Assembly: GCA_002189035.1 (NCBI GenBank)
Contig: NEEC01000011.1
Location: 62,001 to 126,000 of the forward strand
Reading direction: 5' to 3'
Source of the DNA: Utricularia gibba
Taxonomy: Eukaryota > Plantae > Magnoliophyta
Length of the DNA: 64,000 nt
Shown: positions 1 through 14,089 of the stretch, in pieces
Numbering within the stretch: position 1 is the stretch's first letter
Layout: every line of letters begins with the position of its first letter
The notes under the pieces: model-generated
The model's input: the letters and a program-made list of their open reading frames with translations, nothing else
Database searches by the model: none
Told to the model about the DNA's origin: nothing
Translations under genes and position numbers: made by a program

Positions 1-1014
1 ACTCAAATTCTGATAATTCAGCCAAATTTATGACATAATCTTTTCTAAGTTGACATACCCACATTTAAAAAAGTAAAAATATCCTAAAAAGTTAGTAGAA
101 AATCAAGCAAAGAAATAAATTGTTCGAAAGATAACCTGACCATTTAAGTAAGATTAGGGGCTGGGTTTGATTACCTCCTTAGGTCACTCCTGACTGAGAC
201 ACATGATTTGTTATTCCAATCTCATCACTAGGTTTTCCAGCCTTTCACTAAAGTAGCGCACCTGCAGATTTGTGTATCTTCCTCCTTCATTGTTGCTGGT
301 GCTGCTGATATGGCTTCTCCTGTTATTGGTATGTGGTGAAGCTCCTTGTACTCACCCTTCTTCTGTTGGGAATTACGAAAACGTAATACGTACATCTTCT
401 CTAAATAATCCTTGCATATCTATGGGGAGACTGCATTCTCCAAAGTGAAGTTCATCCCGATTAAATCTGAGTTCTCACACAATTGAATTTCAAGTAAAGT
501 ATTTGAATGTCCAAATCGAAGCAAGACCACCTGCTGTCTTCCAACCTCACACTACATCATACCATCAATTAGAGCACCAATATTCAAATGCTTTTAAAAT
601 GCAATGCACTAAATGACAAAAAGCTCATTTTCGAACAATGTGTTAAATGAATGTTGATGACCAAATAAGCATGTTGACACATAAACATGAATTATTCTCC
701 AAATCGGATCTACAAAAAAATGAGCTTTTGTATCCTTAATCTTGTACAAAATGTCTACTTGATTTGTTAAAATCTCATACATTTCACTAGAGTCAAACTC
801 ATTTTCTGATGGAAAATAAAAATAAGTGTTTGGGAACTATGAATCAATTTGTTGAGGATCAACCACGTTTGAAACAAACTCCACTCAACTAACGACAATG
901 TGTAACGCACCCCAAGTAAATAAAATGTTATTACTCTAGGCTCATATACTCTAGCGGGTATTTCATAATTAAATGTGGCATAGAATTCATAACAAACTTA
1001 GCCAAGATTAGGAA

Positions 1015-2200
1015 TGAAAAGGCATCACAGATGCGTATGCTTTAGTCTATCTGTGATCTTTGATTCCTATAAATCGATGTACTTGGTAGGTTCCAACCCA
1101 GTGCCTTTAATCATGTTATACCTTTCTTTCTCATATCTATCGAAGAAGCTCAATTGCTGCCTGTTTAGATTGGATGAGCGTTCGAGGAATCTTTCGATCC
1201 CAGCCCTGCTCATCCGTCTCTCGAATCTTTCTAGTGAGCGTGGCGAGTATTTTTTCTACTCGTCCTCTGGCTCTGAATGATCCTGTACTACTTGCTTTGC
1301 CTTTTGTTCTCCTAGTCCAGTGCACTCTTCTTCTATTGATTTGACTTCATTTTTTCGGTTCGCGCTCTTGTTCTATTGATTTGACTTCATTTTTTCGGTT
1401 CATTCTTCTCCTGCTCTACTTCTTGGTTTGCTACACTCTTCTCATTTATGGCAGACTCCTCCATTGGCTCAAGCTATTCCTCTTGTAACTCCATTTCTAG
1501 TTTAGTTTCCAGTTCTTCCGCTTGCGGTTCTGGCTCATATGATACCTATTCTGACTCAATTTCCTGCACTTCATATGTTGTTTCTGTTTCTTCCAAATCC
1601 TCCAGTTGGGCATCCTCAACTTCATCCTTAAATTCTTCCACTTTGTTTAGTATTTGCGCAAATTCAAATTATCTGTCTCCTCCAAAATTTCTCTACTATC
1701 GAGTTGCTCTTTCGCTACTTCTTTAACCTGTGGTGCTTCCACTAAGAATAGGCTTCGGTGCAACAAAAAAATGCACTTCTTGCTTCTGTTTCTTTATTGG
1801 TGGAGTGGAAATGCTATTGCCTTCCGTTTTCCTTTTCCGATTTGTTCCTATTTTGCCATTTTTGGAATTGGGCCCTTCTCCATGGAAGCTTTGTGTTGTG
1901 TTGTCTTCACTAGCATTTGCTTCTACAGGATAGTTTTTGTTTGAACTGTCTTTTTCAGAAGAGTTTTTGCCGGATCTTCCTTTGTCGCTGGTTTTGCCAC
2001 CTATTTTGCTATTGGAGTGGCGGCTGGAGTGGAAGTTCCTTCTTGGTGTGTGACGGTTCTTGCTTTTACTCCACTACCTATAGTTTGCAATGAAGTCATA
2101 TCGACTATTACATGGTTGGTTTGCTCTTTACAATGAACTTCTCTGTGGTTGGCTTCATTTTCACCATTCTCCTTTTTTGTAGAGGTTTTTTCTAAAGGTG
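1015..2200 (-). pseudogene. Degenerate Athila-type env-like / additional ORF remnant (Glu/Lys-rich region followed by a plant-transposon-protein-like segment)
   Basis: The minus strand reads as Glu-rich low-complexity coding sequence with many stops, followed by FFDRYEKERYNMIKGTGLEPTKYIDL*ESKITDRLK, which resembles the Athila env-like ORF. It lies downstream of the Athila integrase on the same strand. A 40-bp tandem duplication is present at about 1331-1402. Confidence 0.5.
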
Positions 2201-2252
2201 GTTCCTAGTTAGAGAGGGATAGTGGGTGTACTTCCTTCATACTATTGCCACA

Positions 2253-3280
2253 TGATAAACATATGCAAGTCGTTAAAATTGCTAATTCATGTATCAAATA
2301 AATTTATAAATCTAATTCACATCCAATCAAACAAAAAATATGACCATAGTGGACTAAGGTCGAACACAAAGAGCTATGTGCTTGTTGTGTGAAGGTTGAT
2401 GCATGTGGCTTTTTGTCATAGTTGAAAATTTAATCTAAGTTAACATTAATTTAGTTCTGCAATAAAATACAGGAAAGAAAAGTAATAAATCACCGAACTC
2501 AATTGTTGTCTAAGATGAGATGGATGATGCCTTGGGACTCTTAGAATTAGCATGCAAATTATTACAACTATCCCAACTAAACCACGAATAATTCACCTAA
2601 CAAACAAAGGGTTAAGTCTATCCAAACCCTTAGTTTTCCTAATTTTTTGTCTACCTCTAATTAGGGTTGTTCTAGTGAACTTCACTATTTCCCCCTTTTG
2701 GATCTATCCTAGTTTATTAAGGAAATAGTGTGATTATGTGGTAAATGTGGTTTAGTGAATAAAAAACATGTTAACCCCTTTTGGTCCAAGGCACCACTAC
2801 GTGCTTTAGCTATTCATGAGAAAAGAAAGGAAAATACTTTCATATCATAAGCATCATCCCAGTTCCAAAGTTCAACAACAACAAAGGGCACATACCAAAA
2901 ACATAAATTGAAAATAGTTCATGTAGAAAAGCTAAAACTACTTCCGACTAGGAGTAATGTTCTTGATAAACAATGAAAAGCTCAGCAGTAAGTTTGGTTC
3001 TTCATCCCATCTCCTTCTTCTTTTTCTTGGTTCTTGCGATTTTTTTCCAATCCTCTTCTCTAGAAGTTTGTGGTGTGCTGTTCAAGGTGGTGGAGGCATT
3101 TTCTCTTTCTCATCATTCGAAAAATCCCCTTTTTTCTTCACCTTGAGATTTTGTATAATTTATTCAGCTTTTGTCCATATCTTATGCAATTTCACTGTTA
3201 TCTTTTGGCCCCTTGTGATTTGGGTTACTGGCATATGCTGCATTGCTCAAGGAAACAATTAAAAGACACAATGCTAATCA
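2253..3280 (-). mobile_element. Athila-like LTR (family A, copy 1)
   Basis: On the plus strand it starts TGATAAAC and ends GCTAATCA. It is homologous to 22350-23470 (same orientation) and 11945-12957 (inverted). No matching TSD (CCACA / CAAAC). Confidence 0.78.
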
Positions 3281-3299
3281 CAAACACACAGAACTACAT

Positions 3300-6200
3300 G
3301 ATAACTTCCATGTTTTGGTGTTCTATGCATGGGTTGGAATTGCTTTGACCCACCTGGAAAGATAATCTACACATACTAGAATATATTCATATCCTTTAGA
3401 ACTAGAAATGAACCCATAAAATCAATTCCCCACGTATTGAATATTTTGGTGACAAGAATGGGCTATAAAGGCATTTCATTTTTGTTGGTAATGTTATCTA
3501 TTCATTGACATGCATTACACCCGATAAAAATGAAAACAATCTTAAAATATGATGGTCAATAATACCCACAATCAACTACTTTCTTAAGTTTTCTGTTAGG
3601 TCTGTGGTAACCTCCACATGGGGATGAGTGGCAGAATTCAATTACTTAATTAATCTCATCATCGAGTAAGCATTTACATATCACTCCATGACTACAACTC
3701 CACAAATATGGGTCATTCCATATGCAGTACTTGGTGTTACTTTTCACCTTAAGTATCTCGTGGCCCTTCAAGTTTTCTTTGATCTTCGATGTAGAGAGAT
3801 AATTAGCAATATCTGTACAAGGGTTCTTTAATCTTACCCAAGAGTGAGACAAAGCTAATTAATTTGTCAGGAAAAATATTCGCTATCTCCTCTCCATCCA
3901 TTGACTTCTCTATTCTACTCAAGTAATCAACGACACAATTGTCTTTACTTGGTTTGTCTTTGATTTCCATGTTGAATTCATGGAGTAGCAACACCCATTG
4001 AAGCAACCTTAGTTTTGTGAACAATAATCTTATTCCCAATTAAATAACTCTTGAATTTCTTCAGAGGAAAGACAACAACAAGCATTTCTTTTTCTGAGGC
4101 TGTATAATTTCTTTGAGTGACATCCATTGTTTTTGAAGTGTAATTGGTTCTGAAGCATCACACATGACATGAAATGATTCATTCCAATTTGGGGCTCAGA
4201 TCATCGATGCTATTGTGACTGGTTTCTTCAGCTTGTTGAAAGCTTTGTTATAATGATATGAAATTCAAACTTGACATCCTTTTTTGACAATTCAGTCAAG
4301 AGTTTAGAAACGGTTGAAAAATCCTTGATGAACTTACAATGAAAACCCATATGCCCCAAAAATGATCGTATTCCTCTTACATCTTGGGGTGAAGCAACAT
4401 TAGAGATCATATCAAATTTAGTAGGATTAACACGTAAACCATCACTAGAAACAACATGTTCTAACACAATCCTTTCTCTAACCATGAAATTACATTTTTT
4501 AGAATTAATCACCAAATCTTTCTCAGCACATCTACCTAAAACTTTCTCTAAATTTCCAAACAATCATCAAAATTGGATCAATGTTATGTAAAATCATCCA
4601 TGAAAATCTCTACGCTTTTATCCATAAAATAAAATAAAAAATACTCGTCATGCACCTCTGAAATGTCGCAAGAGCATTACATAAACCAAATGACATTCTC
4701 TTATAAGCAAACATACCAAATGGGCAAGTAAATGTTGTCTTCTCTTGATCCTTGGGTGCAACCCCCATTTGATTGTAACTTGAATAACCATAAAAAAAAC
4801 AATAATATCCTTTACCACTAAACTTATCAAGCATCTCATCAATAAAGGGGAGGGGGTAATGGTCCTTTCTCATGACATCATTCAGTTTTCGATAAATAAC
4901 TGATGTTGAGTAAAGTTGTTTTTGGTAAAAATGTAATTTGGGCCATTTTTTCCTTAGTCTAAGTGCAAGGTGATTTTATTGTTCCTCCAAGCCTATGTAC
5001 GTCCGACCCATTTGGGTTGGGCTGCATTATCTGACCAATCTATGAAGTTGTTATGAGTATAGGGGCAAAATGGAAATTATAGGTGTGAATGCGAAGGAAG
5101 GATAAGGAAGGTTTGCAAAAAAAGGCAAGAGGATCACAACAGATGCAACTAATTGTGGCTGGCGTGCAACACTGACGGGAATAAAGAGAGGAAAAGATAT
5201 GCTGTCTATATAATTCCTTACTTTTCAGAATATTTAAGGTCGTGAACACAAGAATGACTGAGGAGCTCATCTTTGGAGATTTTTTTTGGCTGGAGGATCC
5301 ATCTATTTTAGGGAGATTTTTTTTGGCTGGAGGATCCATCTATTTTAGGGAGATTTTCTCTCCCAAGAGTGGTTTTGTGATTGGAGTGGAAGAGAAGGTG
5401 AAGGAGAGGCATTCCATCGTAAAACTAGGACTAATCTCTGCCATCAAAAGTGTAGGTGAGATCTGGACAAAAGACAAGGAGTCTTGGGAACCTACAGTTT
5501 GAGAAGAAGAAGACAAGGAGAAAACATAATTGAAAAATTGAACAAACGTTTTACTTTTCTCATAAATCTTATTTCTTGCATCATATCTCATGAACATATA
5601 CACTATTTATGTTTCATGTTTTCAATGTAATATGTTCAAATGTTTCATCATTTGATCCACGTACTCTATTATCTGCTTTTGCTTTAGAAATTTGTAGAAG
5701 TCTTTTATCGATTTAAGTTAAAGTAGAAATCCACTTCCAAAAACACTCCCTCTAATCTAGTTTACGCATAGGATCAATAGCTAAAAACCATTTACTCTTT
5801 ATGGATCAATCTAGATTTACTACTACTACATTAATTTCTTTGCAAATGAAATGTGGTTTGTTTCTTCAGTTTAAAAATTACTTTTGATAGGGAAAACCTT
5901 TATACTTGCGACATCTATAGAATTTTACATCGGTCATTAATACAAACTTTCCATCCATTTTGCACTCCGATGATGACTTACTTCTCTTCAGAGTTTGTAA
6001 CAATGACTTTAGTCTTCGTGGGCACCACATGAATCAAGCCAACCAATTTGTGGTCCAAAATGAAATAAATTATCTCTGCCTTTAACAACTTCTTTAGAAC
6101 TTCCATTAGCATCAGATTTAATTGCCCTTGCACCTGTCTAATAGGCTGGATGTTGTCCTCTAGGAGCATCTTATGCTGCAAACTGACAGACAAATTCCTC

Positions 6201-8090
6201 AGGTGTCCTCAAGATCCACCAATCGCCTTCCTATGTCTCTTCCACACTTTAGGAGTGTGATCTACACTAAGAATAACATGCAAGGTGTTACCTTCTCCCA
6301 CGGAAATATACTTTTAAGTGTTTGAGGAGCAGCTTCAGATCCGATCTCTTCTCACAAGACCCTTCCACAACTCCTACTTCATCCCAAGACCTCTTGACAT
6401 CCAACTTAGGTATCGAACCTACTTCTTCATCCACTACCACCACGATGAACGATTCTTCTATCTAGGCATACATTTCTTCTACTATATCATCAATGATGTC
6501 TTTGTGGTCATTGGTAGCACTCTCTTTGGCATTTTCTTTTCTATCACTATTCCTACTCCATGCATCTCAACCTCAGGTTCTCTGGCTCTAAAAGTCTCAA
6601 AATCGTCTTCATATCCTAGGGTCATCTCTCCTTTTTTACATCTAATGTGCCCATCAGCTGTGGTCAGGAATGGTCTTAGGAGAATAATAGTGTTGTCATT
6701 GGCTTTTTTCTGGGGCATCTTTAACACTACAAAATCGACTAGGTACAAATTGCTTGACACTTGCACCAACATGTTCTCATCAATTCCTTCCAGAATGGCA
6801 ATCACTCTCATCGGCCAAATCAATCTCGTGTTTTGCTTCATCTTTCTTTACATTATTCTTCATTATCCTTGGGAAATAGGTGCTGGGTCACCTTTAATTT
6901 GATCTTCTCTTTTGTGGCTAAGCGTGCCGAATGCTCTTCACCATTGTCTTCTTCATCACTTTCCTCTTTATCTGTTTCTTGAACTAATTCATCATTGGGC
7001 TGGATGTGAGGCTGAATCATGTCTCTTTCTAGCAGTTTCTTCTTGCTTTCAACTCAATCCACTAAAATATGTAGTCATGGGTTTGCTCAAGGTTAAGAAG
7101 GCAATTTTTCAGATTTGTTCTCAATTTCTCAAACTCTTATCAGCAATTGTTTGACTTGCTCTTCAATGTTCCTGATCACTCCTTGAATTGACTCATTCTC
7201 CTTTTTGCTTTCCTCGCAAGTTTCCTCTAGCATACATCTTATCATTTCTTCTAGAGAGGGTCCTAGCTTCACTTGATCGTTCTTTGATGAGGGGATTGAT
7301 ATGTTTTTTCTTGGAAGTGCTTTTGCTGAAAATTTCCATAAGTTTGTCCTTGTGGTTGAGTTTGCTATGTAGGTTGTTGATGAGGCTAGGTGACTTACTG
7401 TGGCTGATTTTGTTGTAGCAGATGCTGATTTAGTGCATTCCCATTCCTCCAGCTAAAATTTGGATGTTTGGGAACATAGCACCAAGGTTGGTGTCATCCC
7501 CCCTAATTTTCTACATATCACATAGCATTGACTCTCACATTGTCTTACTTCAATGAGCAGGTTTCTGTTGTATATCCTAGAATAGACATAGATCACATGA
7601 AATTAACTTGCATTGCACCATGCATAATTCTCTCTTCATGTCTTGCAACTTACTAATTTTCTTGTCCATCTCATTCATGCTTTCGAGGCCTTGATTCATC
7701 TTCGCATATGACATTGAGCTTCCTCTAATAGCAGAGTCTAACTGGGATCTCATTGGTGGCAATACTCCCTCCAAAAAGAACTTCACAAGGGTATGCTTCT
7801 CATACCCATGGTGCGGATTCGCAAGCAATCCATTGAACTTATCCTAATACTCGTGTAGTGGGTCTCCCATAAACTAATAAATATTTGTAATTTTTCTCCT
7901 CAACTCTTCGGTCTTCATTAATGAAAAATACTTGTTCAAGTGCTCCTTCTTCATTTCATTCATGCTCACTATGCTTCTCGATTCCAAGGTATTAAATCAA
8001 TCCTTTGAATCTCCTTCAAGAGCAAAAAGAAAAACTCATTGCAACATGTTATCTCACGTCACCTCCTTTGGTGTACTCACTAAGATGCAC
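3300..8090 (-). mobile_element. Ty3/gypsy Athila-type gag-pol remnant (gag, protease, RT, RNase H, truncated integrase)
   Basis: Motifs in gypsy order on the minus strand: gag FSLEGDSKDWFNTL and PHHG..FFLEG..LDSAIRGS (7600-8040); protease region ILEGIDENMLVQVSSNLYLVDFVVL..IILLRPFLTTA (6500-6800); RT RKDHYPLPFIDEML, YNQM, FTCPFGMFAYKRMSFGLCNALATFQRCM (4600-4870); RNase H WVLLLHEFNMEIKDK..DNCVVDYLSR (3900-4030); integrase WGIDFMGSF and YILVCVDYLSRWVKAIPT (3320-3440). Many stops and frameshifts. Confidence 0.92.
4901..5932 (+). mobile_element. Solo-LTR-like insertion (Athila-like) splitting the RT domain
   Basis: The RT motif GWKVCI / YRKLNDVMRKDH is split by about 1.03 kb that starts TGATGTTG and ends TTTTACATCG (probably from ...ACATCA). 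It has GA-rich then CT-rich LTR architecture and a 37-bp tandem duplication at about 5275-5350. The TSD is not clean. Confidence 0.68.
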
Positions 8091-8091
8091 T

Positions 8092-9600
8092 TGTTAGGTT
8101 TCTTGTAGACATCAAATGTTCTCAATGCAGCGGAATTTAAATTTTTTTTGAAACCCAAACCATAGATCTTGGAATACGGTATACATCAGATAAATCAATT
8201 TTGAAAATACCTTTCAATGCACTTTGCTGTTCACCAACCACCAACATTAGACATACTTTATGGCATCCACACATGAAGCACTCTATCGATAACCTTCTCA
8301 AGGCCACACAATGATGGTTGATCTCCCTAAATGCTAGTAGAGAAAGTCACCCTTTATAGATAAATCTCAAAGAGAATGAAGATATAAAAATCTTCGTAGA
8401 TCGAATCTTTCTTATTATCTTGTATAGATATTTAGTAAATATCTAATCATATCTCCATAAAGATCATATCTCATGGAAATCTAATAGATATATATGATCC
8501 AAAACCTTATCTATATCAAATCTTTTATTTTGAGTTTAATCAATATTAATCACAAAATAATTCTCTATTTAATTTATCTACTTTACCAATTACATCACAT
8601 ATAATTGTATCATTCAATTTTATATTAATGAGTGATTTAACTATTATGTGTGATTTTATAGGCTTCTTCAATCAAAGCTGTAATAATAAATTTATTAATT
8701 AACTCTTGGTTAATTAAATCTATTATTATCGATCATGAGTGATGTGTAGTAACATATCATGATTCCCAAGGTGAAAGATTCATCAGGTGAACTGATTGAG
8801 CTGTTCTATGACCTACCACCATGCAATAAACAATTTTCATCATACTTATATCTCATTCGTTACCAGAACATGGGTATATGTCTTCCTGACATATCGAAAT
8901 TATAATTGCATTTAAGTACTAACACTCAATGACATACTCAAACTCTTTGAATGTCATTACTCTAGGCCCAAGACTTATTGTTAGGTTTTAAAGCAGTTAC
9001 TTGAGATAAGATCTCATCACTAATATGAAGGATGAATCCTTTTTTGATCAATCAACTATTTCCAATCTGAAGGAGTCGCATCTCTTCTCATCCATACTAG
9101 GCAATCCATGGTGACTTCCATTAGTAATGACCGAAAATGTGAACTTAAGATCAAGATACTTTTGTCGATTTCAAATCTAAGCTTACTTGCACTATTGTCA
9201 TATTCGAGATTTTTTCTACTGACACTTGGTTAGGTTTTCATTGTAGCATTTTAAAGATGAGTCATCCAATGAATCGATTCTCTAATTGACACCCACACAT
9301 TGGTTATAGTAATCTCATTACATCAATTGTAACAACCATTGCCTAAATAATTTAGGGAACTCAATATGTGCAACTTGTCCGTATTTATGATATCTTCATT
9401 TCATAAATACTTTAGCCAGAGAATTTTTAACTTGAACATAATGCTTGAAGAATCTCACATTATGATCTCATCTAATTTCTACCATATATAGATCAAGTAT
9501 AAGATTTTATTAGTGATATAAATTTTATCATTATCAAAATAAATATCGAAAGATAAGATTTGCCAATAAGTTGATTTTCTCTAGAACACATACACCAGTA
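8092..9600 (-). mobile_element. Ty1/copia Angela-like LTR interrupting the Athila gag
   Basis: Reverse complement of 49287-50729 at both ends (e.g. CCGTATTCCAAGATCT...GTCTACAAGAAACCTAACA). About 1.5 kb long with BARE-1/Angela-like termini. No TSD match. Confidence 0.78.
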
Positions 9601-11944
9601 GTGACACACACACGAGTTATAAGCCAATAACAACTTCACAAACAAAAGTGCATACATATTCTATCTCCTTCTAGGCTTCTTCATCAGTGTTAGTGTGGTT
9701 GTAGTCTTATTGAAACCAATGCCCGACCTTGCTAAGAAATCCACAAGCAGGTAGTACTGTCGTTTCCAGCCATGTACCTTACTTGATATATGTAATTGCA
9801 CAGATGTCGGTTTTGGGATGAAGGTTTACAAACACATATATCAATTTTGGGGCCTTTCCACCCCTAAAATAGTTTTTGATTTTCCACCCATCTTACACAA
9901 TTAGCTTCAAAGTGTGGATGAGATCCTTCTTCTGATCGTGCTTCTTGGTTCACTTGGTTTTCTTACCAAAGTTTACAAATGGGCTCAACATATCCACAAA
10001 TAGAGGAAATGTAGGAGGAGGAAGAGAGAAAGGGGGAAAGAGGTTGTACATTTGGAGATAAAGTTCATTGACGGAAGACAGTGGTGGAAGAGGAGGGAAA
10101 CTGAATTCTTTACCAAGTTGTATTTTTTATTGAGAAGGGTATATTAATCATATGAATTCATTAAATACCTATTTTTTTCCTTCATACCAAATGCATTCCA
10201 ACCTATATAGCAAATAACTTATACCTACTAAACAAGAATTACCTCCTAATCCAATGAAACGTGTTTACCTAAACTCAAATAAATTAAACTCAGGTAAAAT
10301 CTCTACCCACTTACCAAACACCCCCTAAGTGCTTGAGACCAATATGAATTTCTTCCACATTTTTATAGGATTATTTGATACTAAAAAATACATTTACTCA
10401 TTTCTGTTATCACAACATTTAATTCAAGGTGTGTTACAACCCTCATTTTCAAAAGATTTATTTAACAAGTTCAACTAGTGTAGCAATGCTTTATGTTTTT
10501 AGTAGTAAAGATGTTCAATCAAAAATCTAGTTTCTTTGACATTCTTGCTACTTTTGTTGTTAATACATTAAATAGTTTACATTGTACAATGCATCATTGT
10601 CGGAGCACTTGAGAACATCCTATTAAAATCTTTGCGTATTGTAGCTCATCCATGGAACTTATAACTAAGAATTCATTAATCTATGTTGATCTACCGAAAT
10701 GACCAACATCTACATTTATTTACTTTTTTGAACATGCCCAGGTAGTTTTTTCAGTTATATATATTATGATTGAAAAAGATTTCGTTACCTGCAACATCTA
10801 GAAAAATTTTCATTCATCAAATTTCATAAAAATCTCCTTTAAACAAACTAAAATCATGGAAGCCCATAACATTTGATGCCATCGGTGGGATTTGATATGT
10901 CCCCAACTGAGTTCTTCTCCAATGGGTTGACACCGTGAAGTCGAGTTCAAGTTTGGCAAGGTTGTTGCTAGAAAATTGGTGACTATGGACTTGATGGGCA
11001 CCAGATCTGAGGAATCTGTCCACTGCTAGATCGTTTCTCCACACAAAATGTCAAGCCAGAGCAGCAATCATGAGATCTATTAGACCGTATCCACAAATTG
11101 GGATTTGATGTCACCCTCATGGAAATAGTCAGAGTGAGAGCAATTGGAAACTTGGAGCCTAACTGCCTAGATGTTAAATTAAACTGACATCCCCGACCTG
11201 ATGCACCAACAAAAAGGAATCGATGCACAGATGTTTAGAACACTTAGAGGAAACTAGTCGCACGAAAATTCAGCTAGTATCATAGTGCCACCACATACGA
11301 CACTTTGAGTGCATCATAGGAGCCACTAGAGCCTACTAGTGACATGATAACCTAAAGGGTAAACTCTACTCGATAATAAAGGCCCCAATGCCCTCTTCAC
11401 CTCGCACAACACCCTGAGCAGCTTTTAAAGAGGGGCTGCCAGAGCTTCCTAGTGAGATGAGAAGTCATCGAGGAAGGCATCCAAAGGGTAACCTGTACCA
11501 CCCCTACTCGATGGTAAAGGCCTCAACGCCCACTTAACCAAAATAAGGAGGACTTAAGAAGCCCGGCCTATAGGTTTTGATCAGGTTGGTGGATCTTGTT
11601 GAAGTACTGGAGAAGAGATGAGTATCTCACATGGCTAGTCAAAATAGTCTTCAACTAGTTTATATGCGATATCAACCCAATAGTTTTGATGAGTTTGAGA
11701 ATGAGTTGGGGTTCATGTGTGTGGAGGGATCAATTTATTAGATTGGGTTTGGTTTCCAAAGAGCCCCCAAAACCCAAAAAGCTACATGCATAGAAGGAGG
11801 GCACAATCGACCTCAAAAGTCTCATTTTTGTCTCATAGAAATCTCTATGAATATCTTATCTTACAGAAATCTAACAAGTATATATTTCCATATCTTTTAT
11901 TCCTAATTAGGACTAAATTGTAATTTAGTCCCAATCTTAGTTCT

Positions 11945-12957
11945 AATAGTTACTATGAGCAATGCAACATATGTCAGTAATCCGAACCTCAAGGAGCAGA
12001 AGGAGAACAATAAAGTTGCAGAGGATATAGACAAAAACTGAAGGAAGTACAACCAAATTCCAAGGTGAACAAAAAGGAGATTTTTGGAATGATGAGAAGG
12101 AGAAAAATATCTTCACCATATTGGAGAACACATCAGAGAATTCTGGGGGAAGGATTGAAGAAAAATCACAAGAACCAGAAGGAAGAATGAGGAAGACGAA
12201 CCAGGAACCAAGCCTCTTTTGAAAACTTTTTTGCTTATGAAGAATACCAATCCTAGCTAGGAATAGCTTTAACTTTCAACGAACTGTTTATCATTTCCTT
12301 CCTTTGTCTATATTGCTTTCTGTGTTGTTGCACGACGACACAAACATGTTTTAGATGCTATCTTATGAAAGTGTTTTCATTCCCTTTGTTATGAGTGGCT
12401 AAGCACTTAGGGAGGTGCCTTGGTATTAAAGGGGTGAAATGTGCTAATCAATCATTTGATCTTGTTAACTATAGATCACACCACTTTCTTATTAAATCAG
12501 AATAAATCCAGGAGGGGGAAAGAGTGACACTTATCTTAACAACCCTAATTAGAGGTAGACTAAAGATTAAGGGAAAACAAAGATTTGGGTATACCTAGAT
12601 TTTTTCTTGTCAGATGCATGATTTGTAATGTATGTAAGGTTAATTTAGTGATAAGCATGCAATCCCTAGAAATCCCAAAACATCACCTTCTTTTATTTTA
12701 GATAATGATTTGCTTTTACCCGTTTACTACCTTTCTACATATTGTCATCAAATTACCTTAATCTTAGCTTAGACTAAATCTTTTTATCGTGACATCCACC
12801 GAATGCATTGATTTTCACATAATAAACACCAGCTCCTTGAGTTCAACCCTAATCACTATGCTCATAATTGTATTATGTTTGAATGTGTATTAAGTTTATA
12901 AATTTTATTTGATAGAAGAATTTGCATTCTAATGACGTGTAAATTCTTCATTTATCA
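11945..12957 (+). mobile_element. Athila-like LTR (family A, copy 2, 5'-truncated)
   Basis: Reverse complement of 2253-3250 (ORFs 11943..12131- and 2957..3262+ share FSFSSF.KSPF..CCIA). It contains the Athila-type ATGAGTGGCTAA motif and ends TTTATCA. Confidence 0.78.
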
Positions 12958-12959
12958 AT

Positions 12960-13595
12960 ATCATTAACTTGGACCCAGGAATTATTGATAGTCTAGATGA
13001 AATTATTCGAAATAACATTTCATAGTTAATAGAAGTAATGAATCCTTTATTAATAAATCAACTATCTCCAGTCTTAAGGTATCACATTTCTTCTCATCCA
13101 TACTAGGTAAGCTATGGTAGGCTCCTATCAGTAATGAGCAAATATGCAAAATTACGTTCAAGATAAGTTTGTTGATCAAGTCTAAGTTTACTTACATAAC
13201 TACCATATATGAGATCTTGTTACTAACGCTTGATTAGTTTCCTATAGTAATATTTCAAAGACAAGTCATTTAGTTAATTAATTATCTAATTGATACTCAC
13301 ACTAATCGATACCTACACATCTATACCCACACTATTGTCTAAACATTTAAAGAACTCAATATGTACCAATTTAATCATACTTGTGATATCCTTATTTTAC
13401 AAATACTTTAGGTAGTAAATTTTTAACTTGATAATAAATACTTGAAAAATCTCACATATTGATCATATCATAATTTCTATATTATATAGATCAAGTAGAA
13501 GATTTATCATGTATATAAATTTGATCACTATTGAAAATAAAATATCAAAAAATATGATTCCAATAAGTTGATTATATCTAATACATACACTAACA
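12960..13595 (-). mobile_element. Partial Angela-like LTR (5' part)
   Basis: Homologous to about 9000-9600. It ends ACATACACTAACA, the reverse complement of the TGTTAGTGTATGT terminus at 49287. Confidence 0.78.
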
Positions 13596-14089
13596 CCTTG
13601 CACACTAATCCCCCTCACGCTTAAATGCTCTACATCACAACCATGCTGAAGCGGGTCGTTACCTGTGAACTAATACAACCAAAAGACAGTGTGCATAGCA
13701 ACATCCCATCAGCACGGAAGTTGTAAAGGACAACTTCCCCCATGCCCACGCACATAGTTATCCCCGAACTGGTACTTCCTAAAGAGGTTTTGCATTAATC
13801 AGTACACGCACTCATCACGACCACCCCTCAAAGGGTCTACACAATAATATTCGACCCACACAGGTGCATGTTTGACCCAATGGGTCAGACCATAACTTGA
13901 CTCATGTACCGATCACCTGTACTATGGGACAATCCACTAAAATATAATTATACCTTTTTTATTTTTATATAAAAAATAAAAAGAACTTGAGAATATTACA
14001 TTTTTATATTATAAGGGCCCTTTTTATTAAAATTTATGAAAAACAACTGTTTTTTTATGTTTTTTTGGAAATCAATTAAAAATATATAC

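Noticed and set aside
901-10438. TGTAACGCACC at 901 and GGTGTGTTACA at 10428-10438 as the two ends of one Tekay-type element or solo LTR
   Set aside because: The flanks (CAATG / ACCCT) are not a TSD and the interior is Athila/Angela sequence. These are at most isolated LTR termini.
10860-11230. Possible Ogre-type extra-ORF remnant (GGI*YVPN*VLLQW)
   Set aside because: Only a short motif resemblance with many stops, which cannot be supported without a profile search.
8092-13595. Angela LTRs at 8092-9600 and 12960-13595 as one element
   Set aside because: There is no copia PBS, PPT or coding sequence between them, and the outer flanks do not match.
13620-13800. Exon-like fragment (EVVLYNFRADGMLLCTLSFGCISSQ|GT) on the minus strand
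   Set aside because: It is short, frameshifted and of no recognisable family.
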